NCBI GenBank assembly: GCA_964019335.1
Contig: OZ025691.1
Location: 434,001-498,000 of the forward strand
Reading direction: 5' to 3'
Source of the DNA: Diplonema japonicum
Taxonomy: Eukaryota > Protista > Euglenozoa: Diplonemea
Length of the DNA stretch: 64,000 nt
Below, in pieces: positions 33,430-42,916 of this stretch (its first letter is position 1; each line of letters opens with the position of its first letter). The translations under genes were made by a program, and so were the position numbers. Below the pieces are notes generated by a model. That model was not told the DNA's origin, did no database searches, and was given only the letters and a program-made list of their open reading frames with translations.

Positions 33430-33843
33430 ATGACGGAATGCCCCATATGCCTTGGCAGCTTGTGCGACGCTGTAGAAATAGGTTGCGGGCACGCTCTATG
33501 TGGGGGCTGCCTGCTGGCGTTGGTACGGGGTGTGAGGCCTTGGCTGTGCCCCCTGTGTCGGGAGCAGATAGCTACGCAGCACCCCTCCTTTGCTCTTAGG
33601 GGTCTGCTGCATAATGACTCTACGGACCAACGTGCAATCGACGCAGAGCTGCGTGGCATCTCCTTCGCAGGCGGTCCCCTTTCCCTTTCTTCGCTGTCCC
33701 ACGACCTCAAGCGGTGGTTGACCGTCTTCATGTTTCTTCTGTACCTCATCTCGCCTATAGACCTCTTTCCCGACACCATCCCCGTGATAGGGTTCATTGA
33801 TGACTTGCTGCTGTTGGGGCTGCTGCTCTACAATAATAGGTGA
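33430..33843 (+). CDS. RNF170-like RING E3 ubiquitin ligase (RING + DUF1232-type membrane tail)
   Basis: C3HC4 RING (CPIC...CGHALCGGC...CPLCR) and the YLISPIDLFPD.IPVIGFIDD motif. Confidence 0.85.
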   Translation: MTECPICLGSLCDAVEIGCGHALCGGCLLALVRGVRPWLCPLCREQIATQHPSFALRGLLHNDSTDQRAIDAELRGISFAGGPLSLSSLSHDLKRWLTVFMFLLYLISPIDLFPDTIPVIGFIDDLLLLGLLLYNNR

Positions 33844-34279
33844 ATAAGCGGGGGAGGGGGGGGTAAAAAAGAAAAAAACACCCCTTCGCTCATGCTCATA
33901 TAATTGACCCATTCAATTTTTTTGCGCTTAACAATAGGAGGGTTTGGTACAAGGGGAAGATTCGATTCCCCCCCACACACCCTTTAGGCATTTGTCGCAG
34001 ATTAATAGCAATCTGGTCAGTACTGTGAGTGACTCGATGACGAAAGGGGGGGTGTTTTTTAAAAAGAAAAGAAGAGAAGGAAAAGAAGAAGAAGAAGAAG
34101 GGAAAACCGACTTACCGAAGTGAGCCGTGATTTAACTACCGGGGAACCGGAACTCGAGTTAAATTATTGCTCATTATTTTTTTTTATTTTTCTTTTGTAT
34201 CCCTTTTTTTTACAACTCACCAAATAAAAAAGTGAGGGAAAAGGGTGGGGAAAAAAAAAAAAAAAGAAAAAGCTAAACA

Positions 34280-34459
34280 ATGCCGCGCCACGAGCCTGAG
34301 AGCCACATCTGGGGTGCCATTGGGGTCCTCATCATTTCCTTAGTAGTCGGTGGCGCGTGGCTTTTTATCATGAACAGGATGAGTGGAGTGAACCAGCAGC
34401 TGAAGAATGACCCCATGATGCGAAGGCTAGCACGTAGACAGGGAGTTAAATTGGACTAA
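34280..34459 (+). CDS. 59-aa single-TM microprotein, paralog A (absent from the ORF track)
   Basis: MPRHEPESHIWGAIGVLIISLVVGGAWLFIMNRMSGVNQQLKNDPMMRRLARRQGVKLD*; clearly homologous to 34639-34824. Confidence 0.8.
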   Translation: MPRHEPESHIWGAIGVLIISLVVGGAWLFIMNRMSGVNQQLKNDPMMRRLARRQGVKLD

Positions 34460-34638
34460 GAAAAAAAAAAAAAAGAAAATGTGAATGTTTTTTTTTTTTC
34501 TTTTTCTCTTTTTACATTATTCCCTCGTTCCTCTGTCTCCCCAACCCCCCCCCTTTAAGAGAAAGTGCCAAAAAAAAAAAAAAAGAAAAAAAAAAAGAAG
34601 AAGAAAAGAAGACCTTTTCCCTCATCAGGCAGAAGAAT

Positions 34639-34824
34639 ATGACACGTCACGAGGTCAGCCACCTCTGGGGTGCGTTAGGTGTCTTCGTCGGAGCTGCGGC
34701 CCTGGGTGCCGTCTGGCTCTGTCTCATGAACAGAATGAGCGGCCTGAATCATGACCTCAAGAACGACCCAATGATGCGGCGGTTGCAGAAGTCCAAGACC
34801 TACAGAGTGGATGAAACATTATAA
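34639..34824 (+). CDS. 61-aa single-TM microprotein, paralog B
   Basis: Shares RHE..SH.WGA.GV, W...MNRMSG.N..LKNDPMMRRL with paralog A, with synonymous differences. Confidence 0.8.
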   Translation: MTRHEVSHLWGALGVFVGAAALGAVWLCLMNRMSGLNHDLKNDPMMRRLQKSKTYRVDETL

Positions 34825-35003
34825 AAGAAAAAAAGAGAGAAAATAATAAGAAATAGTATTCCCCCTCCCCTCCCCCCCCCTTTTTTTTTCTCCTTATAGA
34901 TCTGCCTTTCTCTTATTTTCTCGTTTTTTTGTTTCTTTTTACAACGTGTATCTACCGTTGATTCCTTTTAACTGACTAGACATTTACACATATTGTTTTA
35001 CAC

Positions 35004-38000
35004 ATGGAGCAAAGTGAGGCCAAGAAGCGTTGGGGTGCTGTTTGGTCGGACGTGTCTGTGGTGGTGGCGGTGGCTGACTTCATCGAATGGCGAGAGAGGA
35101 GTGCAGTAGCCTATGTGTGTCGTGCATGGAACAAGGGGTGTTGCCAGCAAGCTCTATGGCGGGAGGTGTTCCACGCACGGCATGGGTGCACTACACCCAT
35201 TGTCGATGTTATCAGCGGGAGGCATGAATGGTTTTGCAAGACCGTTGCTGCTGATGCCTTCGCACAATGGTACCCAACAGCAGTCGAGGCTGACGACCTC
35301 CTGAACACCACATGGCAGTCCCACGTCCTCCGTGTTCCCGCCCTCATAGACCACATCGACAGCCTTCGCTCCCGCTTTGCTCTCTGCGAGCAGTCCTCCG
35401 GTACCTTCCCCGCCCTCTCTGCTGCCAACAACTCCATCACCGACCTCCTCAAAATGGCCCCCTTCGTCGACCTCTGGGCAGTCTCCTCCCAAGACCTCGC
35501 CGCCTTTGAAGCCACCTATGTCCCTAAACTCTCCAAGGTCCGGCTCCGTTCTCTCCGCGACTGCCAGTCGGCCATCTTAGTTACTCTGCAAGGCGTCCTC
35601 TACAAGGCAGTCGGCAAGATGATGCAGGACACACAGGTCGACCTCAGCGCCAAGTCCGACCTCAAGAATGCCACCTTCCGCGACCTCATCAACCTATCGA
35701 TCCCCTCGCATCACCAGCACTACAAGACGGCATGGGACGAGCTGTCGTCCACCGTGCAGCTGGCACGCGACCTCACGGAAGTCATGTCGATGGACTTGAT
35801 GTTGCCGGCCAGCTCTTGCATTTCGCTCGACGGTGCTGTTGAAACAGACATCATAAAGGGGTTTGCTGACAAGCTGGAAGGTGTGAAGGATTTGCTGCAG
35901 CCGTTAAAGGGCAAACTGCTGGACTTCATCGTCCTCCCATGGGAGGCAGACCTTGACGAGGTGATGCGGTCGGTGAACCGGCTCATCTCCGTTGCCGCTG
36001 CTGTGGAGCAGACGAAACTGTACTACATGAGTGAGTTCATCGAGCACCACTACTTGGATGATGCTGTAGCCTTCAAGGAGCTGTGGGCGGTGTACGTGCA
36101 GTGGATTACAGGCTTCGAGGCGGACGACGCTCTCTACGACGTGTCGCTGCTCAGGTTCGGGCATGGGTGCCTTGTCAAGATACGCAACGACTTCGAGGCG
36201 CTCGATAGGAAGCACGTGGTGACAGCCTCCTTGGCTTCACCGCAGTGCTTCTTTTTCAGAATCGAAGAAGTGCGACACAACCTGCTGCGGAGCCCGAGCT
36301 TGGAGAGCATCCCCTCACCCCTCTTGCACTGCGTCCTGCCCTTCATGAGCAACAAGCCGTTGAAACTCACAACCGTTTCCACCGACAAGCACAGCGTCTC
36401 GGAGGTGCAGTGTCTTTCAAGCGGCGTCTCTCTAGGGCAGCCCTTCTACATCGCCGCGGGGTCGGAGCCTCTGCCTGAGGAGTTTGATCAGGTCTTGTGG
36501 TCCATAAACGGCAACAAGCTTGACACCAGCCACTCAGTCGCCACACGTTGTCCCCCAGGTCACATGCTGTACAACACAGCACCCTTATGGGTAACACAAG
36601 TGTCGCACGCTATCCGAAAGGAGTTGCACAGATATCTTTCGTTGACTTGCGAGGCCGACGGTGACCCGGACTTCGCAGAGATAGGACGCCTCCAGCCGAT
36701 ACCAGCACAAGTCGTGACTGCTCTGTGGTGCACAAAGCAATTACAAGCTGCTGTGTCAGCACCCAACACCTTGCCCGAGCTCAAAACTAAAATCGAATCA
36801 TTCCTTGCGTCTTGCCAGGACATGAGCACAAAATCAGACGAACTGCACAGCTTCGCGGCGTCGGTACTGTGCTATTATCTAAACGTGGCGGAACAGCTGC
36901 TCAAGGCAAGTAGCGAGATGCAGCAAAGGGTGTGGTACAACACTCTGAAATATATCCTGCTGAGCTCCCCTTTGGGGTGCAGCCTAAACCATGTGGATGT
37001 TAGCATCGGAGGCAGCAGTCTGCGGTACGGATTCTCGACACTCAGGGGCGACATGGGTAGCAGTTTTTCCATGTGCAGCGCTGGGCTGGAGATGATTCTG
37101 AAGAGGCTGTGCCGGCAAGATAACACAGTGCTGTGTATCGAGACGCCACAGGAGGACCCCGAAGGGCGGTGCGGCCCGTTGCCGTTGGAGATTATTGTCT
37201 CAGGCATCGCGTCCACGTTGGGAAGGAGTAGCCACATTGTGGATTGTAGCAGCTTGACGGAAGAGTCGTTGATACGGTGCTTCGTGGCATCATCTGCTAC
37301 AGGGTGGATGCTGGTGCTGAAGGGGATTAACAACATTCCGAAAGAGTTGAGCGAAGTGCTGTCCAGCTGCCTGGAGACCTTAGATGTGTCGCACACGAAC
37401 AAGTGGGAGACAGTTCGGTGGAAGGGGTGGCCAGTTGCAGAAATGCCCACATCGCTGGACATTGGATACTCTGTCGGCCCGCTTGTCATTGCCTCCCTAG
37501 AGGAAGGCGATCCGTACCACAAGGGCAGCACGCCTATTGACTATGCAGACCTCGAGGCACTAGAGGCCTTTCTCCCATGGGACATAGTACGCAGACTCGA
37601 CATGCTGTGGATCCCATCAGAAGACATGGTGCCTTTTGTAACAGCACAGATGAACGAGCACGGCATGGGCTGCAGGATGGACTCCGTTGCTGCCCTGTGG
37701 CAGGCCATCACCATCGAAGACACAGAAGCACACTCACACTCCCTTCAAGGCAGCTACCTCAGGATTTTTAGGAGTCTCGATAGCAAAACGAAGCACTTTA
37801 TCAGGAACCTCATGGCGATGATGGCAGACCTCCTGCGTCCAGAGCCTACTTGTCTGAGGTTTATTCGCATGTCGAAGGAAGAGAACGTGCAGCTTGAAAC
37901 TCCTGTGAAACCACTAGTAATTGTGTTAAGTATGTCACGCCCTCGTGCCACCTATCACCACAGGCGTGCTGCTGTCAGCATTAATCGACGACGACATGAA

Positions 38001-38686
38001 AGCTAGAATATCCGAGCGGGTGAATAAACAGTTGGGGGAGGGGACCTTTCCTCAACAGTGCTTCGGGAGGTTCATGCGGAGTGTAGAGAACACGCTGTCC
38101 ATGCAAGGCTATGACGTCACGCCTGACTTATGTAATGGTATGCTCCTTTGTGGCCTTGATGCATGATCTTGCAGGTTCTCTTTCGCTGTTGGTCCTTTCG
38201 CACTTCATCCCTGTCGCCTTGATGGTAACGTATACACCGCACCCCGAACTGTGCCAGGGGCTGTCCGTCCTGCTACGGATGGCCCCCTATGCTGTTGCCA
38301 GTTATGTGATGACTATGCACGAAGGTGCCTTACTCGGAGACCTTCACGTGGCATTGGCACGGGCAATCAAGGAGTCGAAGGCCAAGAGCGCGTCTGACGA
38401 CACCGTGGGATGGATCATTATTAGATTGACGCAAAAAACCCTCACCTCCCCGCACATTGTCAGCGGGCTTGCTTCGATTGCACGTGACCGTGCTGCTTGC
38501 GTCCCCACAGAGGAGTGGCGTCCTGAGGAATCTCTAACGCTCCCTGCGCCCCCCAGCCCTTCAGCCACTTTAGGCCGCAACACGAAGATCCTTCTCGTAG
38601 TTGACAAACAGTTCACCGCCCTAGACCCCCTTCTCCCTTTTGTCCTTCCCGTAAAGCTTTCCTTCGAAACGGCTAATCCGTACTAA
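35004..38686 (+). CDS. F-box protein fused to a degenerate dynein heavy-chain linker/AAA1 region
   Basis: N-terminal F-box-like segment (..VCRAWNK....LWREVF). Dynein-like segments PQCFFF..EE, PAQVV, WYNTLKY, YGF, STLGR....DCS, G....L..IN.I, LP...R. Introns 37930-37963 and 38138-38174. Confidence 0.7.
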
Positions 38687-38750
38687 CAGTTAAGTATACG
38701 AATATTTTGTGTTTTTATATTGCATTGACGGCGCCCACAGCAGGCAGCAT

Positions 38751-39569
38751 ATGTTTCTCCCGTTAACAGTAGCGGTACTGACTGCCATTCAGGATGGCAC
38801 TTGCGGGAAGGTCTGTCCTGACGTCTCTACGGACGTGCCCAACGGGGGTTGGCAACAGGGTGGGATGAGCATCTTGGATACCGATGTGTGCAGCATCGAA
38901 CGGAGAGACGGGAGTGGTTTGTCCAAGGAGGAGTTCTTGCAGAAGTACTGGAACAAGCAACCAGTCATCGTAGAGGGGTGGAGGACAAACTTAGAGTCGA
39001 ACTTCGCAGCGATGTGTTCAAAAGAGGTGCTGTTGGAGTACTACAGGAACATGTCCATCATACTGAGTTCGGCAAACAAGAATTCATATGAGAAGAAAAC
39101 AACGACTCTAGAGGACTACGTTGAGAACCTGATGTCGACACCACCTGTGGTGCAGCTGGGGAACACTACATGGTACCACTTCGGGAACAACGATCACAAG
39201 GCGTGGCCCGACCTCTTCGACTGCTACCAGATCCCCGACCACTACATGGAGGACCCGTCGTTCTACGCCTACAGCTTCGGGATGGGTGCCAGTGGCAGCG
39301 GGGTTCCCTACCACACACACGGCGGTGTCTTCAATGAGGTTTTTTACGGCAGGAAGCGATGGTGGCTTGCTCCCCCAGGCCCGGAGCCTTCTTTCCACCC
39401 CGATGAGTCTGCTATGCAGTGGCTGTACACCTACTACCCGACTGAGAAGCACAACAACCTCATCACGGAGTGCGTAATTGGTCCTGGGGAGTTTATCTAT
39501 GTGCCTAGCATGTGGCACCACTCGACCCTAAACATCGGGCAGACTGTCTTCATGGCAACCTTTTTGTAG
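38751..39569 (+). CDS. JmjC-domain protein, JMJD8-like, with signal peptide
   Basis: FGMGASGSGVPYHTH, GRKRWWL, PGEFIYVPSMWHHSTLN; hydrophobic N-terminus from ATG 38751. Confidence 0.85.
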   Translation: MFLPLTVAVLTAIQDGTCGKVCPDVSTDVPNGGWQQGGMSILDTDVCSIERRDGSGLSKEEFLQKYWNKQPVIVEGWRTNLESNFAAMCSKEVLLEYYRNMSIILSSANKNSYEKKTTTLEDYVENLMSTPPVVQLGNTTWYHFGNNDHKAWPDLFDCYQIPDHYMEDPSFYAYSFGMGASGSGVPYHTHGGVFNEVFYGRKRWWLAPPGPEPSFHPDESAMQWLYTYYPTEKHNNLITECVIGPGEFIYVPSMWHHSTLNIGQTVFMATFL

Positions 39570-39650
39570 TTCATGCCTGTCAATGGCAATGCATTCGTCT
39601 CACAAAACCTTAGCTCATGTATTGTTTTACTCTGTACCATCATTCACAGG

Positions 39651-41543
39651 ATGAACAAAGGTGGTTTCAAGAAGCGCGTCCATGGGACCAGGGTGCCTTG
39701 CCCCCCTGACGAAAGGCAGAAATGCTTACGAGCAAAGGATGGGACAAAGAGGAGGCGTGCTGCGGGGTCAGGTGCTGCGGCAGCTGCGCTACAAAAGCAA
39801 GCTACTGCTCAGGACTCGAGAAACATTGAGGATGCTTTGTGGGAAGAGGCTAAGCGGAGATGGGCAGCACTGAAGGCGGAGGCTGCTGATCGGGAGGCAG
39901 CGATTGGAATCCAGCGCATTGAGAAGGTCAGACGTGACAGGAATGAAGAGGAAAAGAAGCTGAAAGAGAAGCAGAAGCTTGCGAAGGAGAAACGGCTCCA
40001 AGATGCAGAGGCAAAGAGGCACAAACGGAGTATAGCCTTTCGACAGATGTTCTACAATAGACACGAGAAGAACACCAGCCAAGCAGAGCCTCGTGAGCCA
40101 CTTGCAGAGCCTGAACAGAAGGAGTCACCACCACCACCAGCAGCAGCAGCAGCAGCAACAGCAGCAGAAGTGGAAGTCGTGAAGCCCCCTGCGCGTCGTG
40201 GGTTGTTCGATATCACGGAGGTGCCTATCGACGGGATCACGCACGGTCTGGAAGCATTAAAAGAGAGGAATGTAGCACATGAGATGTTTCGCAGGCAGCG
40301 CTATGAAGAGGCGCAGCTGAAGTACAGCCTGCTCATTACAGCACATGGCGACGTTCTCCCTTCTTTGTATGTGAACCGCGGAGTGTGCTTTTACAAGCTT
40401 GGCGTGTATGCCTCCGCAGTGCGTGACGGGCTGAAGGCTGCCGAGGTGGACGTGTCATGCATCGAGGGGCAGCTTGTTGCTGCAGCCGCTTACCTCATGT
40501 TGGACAATATCAGCTCTGCGACGACACTTTTGAGGTACGTGGAGAAGGTAGCCCCCGAGTACGACAGCGTGACTGAGCAGGTCGTTGCGATGAAGGGATG
40601 CCTTGAGGCCTACCACACACACATGTCACATAGGGAATACAAGTCTGCCTTGCAGTCGCTGTATGATGCGCCATCTGCATTCGCGGATGCCGTCCCTGTG
40701 AAGCTGCTTGTGATCACTGTGTTGATGTATATCAAAACAAACACTGCTTCAGTCATGCTGGCGGAGCTGGCCGAGAGCTACCCCGGAAACGTGGAGATTG
40801 CATATCTACGTGCCAAGGCGATATTCTGGAGCGGGCAGGACTGCATCAGCTTGGGCACGGCCAAGCAACTGTTAGGATCAATCGAAGGGAAGCACAAGGA
40901 CGCTTCCCAGCTCCTAGCGCAGATAAACAAATATGAGAGCCTGCGGTCTTCTGTGACAATGGACATGGCTGGCAAGCGATATGCAAGTGCTTCTGAGAAG
41001 CTGACGGAATTAGTGAAACTAGACACAGAGAATGTGAAGCTCACAGCAAGGTCTTTGGTGCAAAGGGGCGATGCATTAATGTTGATGAGAAAATATAAGG
41101 CGGCAATCGAGGACTATGAGCAGGCTGTGCGGATAGACACGGAGGATCACTACAAATGGTACTTGGCGCTATCTAAATCACATGAAAGAATTGGCAACGT
41201 GCATGAGGCTGTTAAATACTGTGAAACAGCATATAGCTTAAGCAAGTCTGGCACCGTGCTCGAGGAGCTACGCAGACTTCAAGACTCCATCAGCAAACCA
41301 CAGCCAGAAGCTGAGAAGGAACCTGAGAAAGCACCCCCGCACTACGAGCTCCTCGGTGCGCACCCCTCCGACTCCTCCGAGACTATTTCCGCCCTTTACA
41401 GGAAGAAAGCTAAAGAATGGCATCCCGATAAATGGCTTTCCAAGTCTCCTGCTGCACAAGCCCAAGCAGAGTCGCAGTTTAAAGCCATCTCGGAAGCATA
41501 CTCTATCATCACATCTCACAGATTGCGTGCCTTTTCTCTCTAA
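39651..41543 (+). CDS. TPR-repeat plus C-terminal J-domain co-chaperone (DNAJC7-like)
   Basis: TPR motifs (LKERNVAHEMF..RYEEA...YS, LYVNRGVCF, QRGDALM...YKAAIEDYEQA) and J-domain with HPD (HYELLG...YRKKAKEWHPDK...FKAISEAY). Confidence 0.85.
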   Translation: MNKGGFKKRVHGTRVPCPPDERQKCLRAKDGTKRRRAAGSGAAAAALQKQATAQDSRNIEDALWEEAKRRWAALKAEAADREAAIGIQRIEKVRRDRNEEEKKLKEKQKLAKEKRLQDAEAKRHKRSIAFRQMFYNRHEKNTSQAEPREPLAEPEQKESPPPPAAAAAATAAEVEVVKPPARRGLFDITEVPIDGITHGLEALKERNVAHEMFRRQRYEEAQLKYSLLITAHGDVLPSLYVNRGVCFYKLGVYASAVRDGLKAAEVDVSCIEGQLVAAAAYLMLDNISSATTLLRYVEKVAPEYDSVTEQVVAMKGCLEAYHTHMSHREYKSALQSLYDAPSAFADAVPVKLLVITVLMYIKTNTASVMLAELAESYPGNVEIAYLRAKAIFWSGQDCISLGTAKQLLGSIEGKHKDASQLLAQINKYESLRSSVTMDMAGKRYASASEKLTELVKLDTENVKLTARSLVQRGDALMLMRKYKAAIEDYEQAVRIDTEDHYKWYLALSKSHERIGNVHEAVKYCETAYSLSKSGTVLEELRRLQDSISKPQPEAEKEPEKAPPHYELLGAHPSDSSETISALYRKKAKEWHPDKWLSKSPAAQAQAESQFKAISEAYSIITSHRLRAFSL

Positions 41544-41588
41544 AAGTAATATTTACACTTTACATAGTTTTATTGCAAACAGTGTACT

Positions 41589-42845
41589 TTGTTGTTCTGC
41601 ACGCCTATTACACAGCCAGGTACTAAGGTCGGCAAAACGGCGGGCGGTAGAGGCGAACAACGCAGACCCAAAAAAGACGCATGCCAGATTAAGAAGAAGA
41701 AAAAGAAGGGCAAGCAGGGAGAGGAAGAGGACGAAGAGTGGGGAGTGAAGGTAGTCAGTTGGCAGGGTGAGTGGCTCGTTTCCCCGTGTGAGCCAGTGCC
41801 CTCGGGTGAGATAGGACCTGAGACGGATGCAGTACCGAAGAAGAAGGCAAAGAAGAAAAAAAGACGAGAGCGATCAGAGACCCCTGAGGCAATCCATGTT
41901 GAAATCGACTTCTTCAGTGACATCATAGTGGACGCGCAGTTGCCTTGCAAGAAGCGCCCTTGCCCCACAGCAACTGCGGACACCCAGACGCTCCCCATCA
42001 CGTACACTTGGAAGCAGATCTCCAGTATGGAGGAGACAGTCATCGTCATCGACAGGCAGATCTACGATGTCACACACTTCCTTGATGCGCACCCTGGTGG
42101 GCGTGACATGTTAGCTCCTTATGATGGGATGGACGTAACAACCATTTTCGGAGCCTTTGGCCACCCTCCCTACACGGTGCATCTCCTACATAAGCTGTGG
42201 AGAGGTGAGCTCCACCCATCGCAGTCCTCCCATCATGATACTGATCTGGCAGCATCCAAGAGCACGAATATGTATACTAAGATAAAAAGTGCCAGTAGTT
42301 TAACATTCCCAAAGCTCAAAAGAAAACCTGCGCCGACGGGCACAACTTCAGAGAAGAAACAAGAATGGATCCTGGAATATAGTGGGGCGCCACCGGTGCT
42401 GCTGGTCACAGTGGGCATACCTGGGTCAGGGAAGTCCACGTGGGCGCGGAAGTACTGCTTTGAGGAGGAGTTCTTTCTGGTGTCTGCGGATGATGTACGA
42501 ATCGAAGTTACAGGTCGCGTGGAGCAGACTGCCATCGAGTCGGAAGTCTGGCGCGAGGTATGGGAAAGAGTGAGAGACTTGCTTCTGAAAGGGGGGAATG
42601 TGGTGCTGGACGCGACGAACACCATCTCAAAACACCGTGTGAAGCTTCTTCAGTCGCTCCCCCCCTGCAGGCCTAGGGCAAAGGTGTTCACTATCACGTG
42701 CGACGAGGCACGATCTAGAATAGAGAGCGACATAGCATCACAAGTAGTCAGACCCGATGTTCCACCTGCCGCCATCGGTAGGATGTACGAGCAGTTTACG
42801 CGAGACCTATCCTCACTTCACGTAGAGGGGTTTGACGTCTTGTGA
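41589..42845 (+). CDS. Cytochrome b5 heme domain fused to a P-loop (AAA_33/PNK-like) kinase; start codon uncertain
   Basis: IYDVTHFLDAHPGG...GMDVT..F..FGH (both heme His residues); GIPGSGKSTWA, SADD.R and VVLDATN motifs. Confidence 0.8.
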   Translation: MLFCTPITQPGTKVGKTAGGRGEQRRPKKDACQIKKKKKKGKQGEEEDEEWGVKVVSWQGEWLVSPCEPVPSGEIGPETDAVPKKKAKKKKRRERSETPEAIHVEIDFFSDIIVDAQLPCKKRPCPTATADTQTLPITYTWKQISSMEETVIVIDRQIYDVTHFLDAHPGGRDMLAPYDGMDVTTIFGAFGHPPYTVHLLHKLWRGELHPSQSSHHDTDLAASKSTNMYTKIKSASSLTFPKLKRKPAPTGTTSEKKQEWILEYSGAPPVLLVTVGIPGSGKSTWARKYCFEEEFFLVSADDVRIEVTGRVEQTAIESEVWREVWERVRDLLLKGGNVVLDATNTISKHRVKLLQSLPPCRPRAKVFTITCDEARSRIESDIASQVVRPDVPPAAIGRMYEQFTRDLSSLHVEGFDVL

Positions 42846-42916
42846 CATGCATGTTCTCTGAGTTTATTCTATTCAGTTTCCGCCATCAATAACATCATAG
42901 GTAGGCTGGCGGAAGT

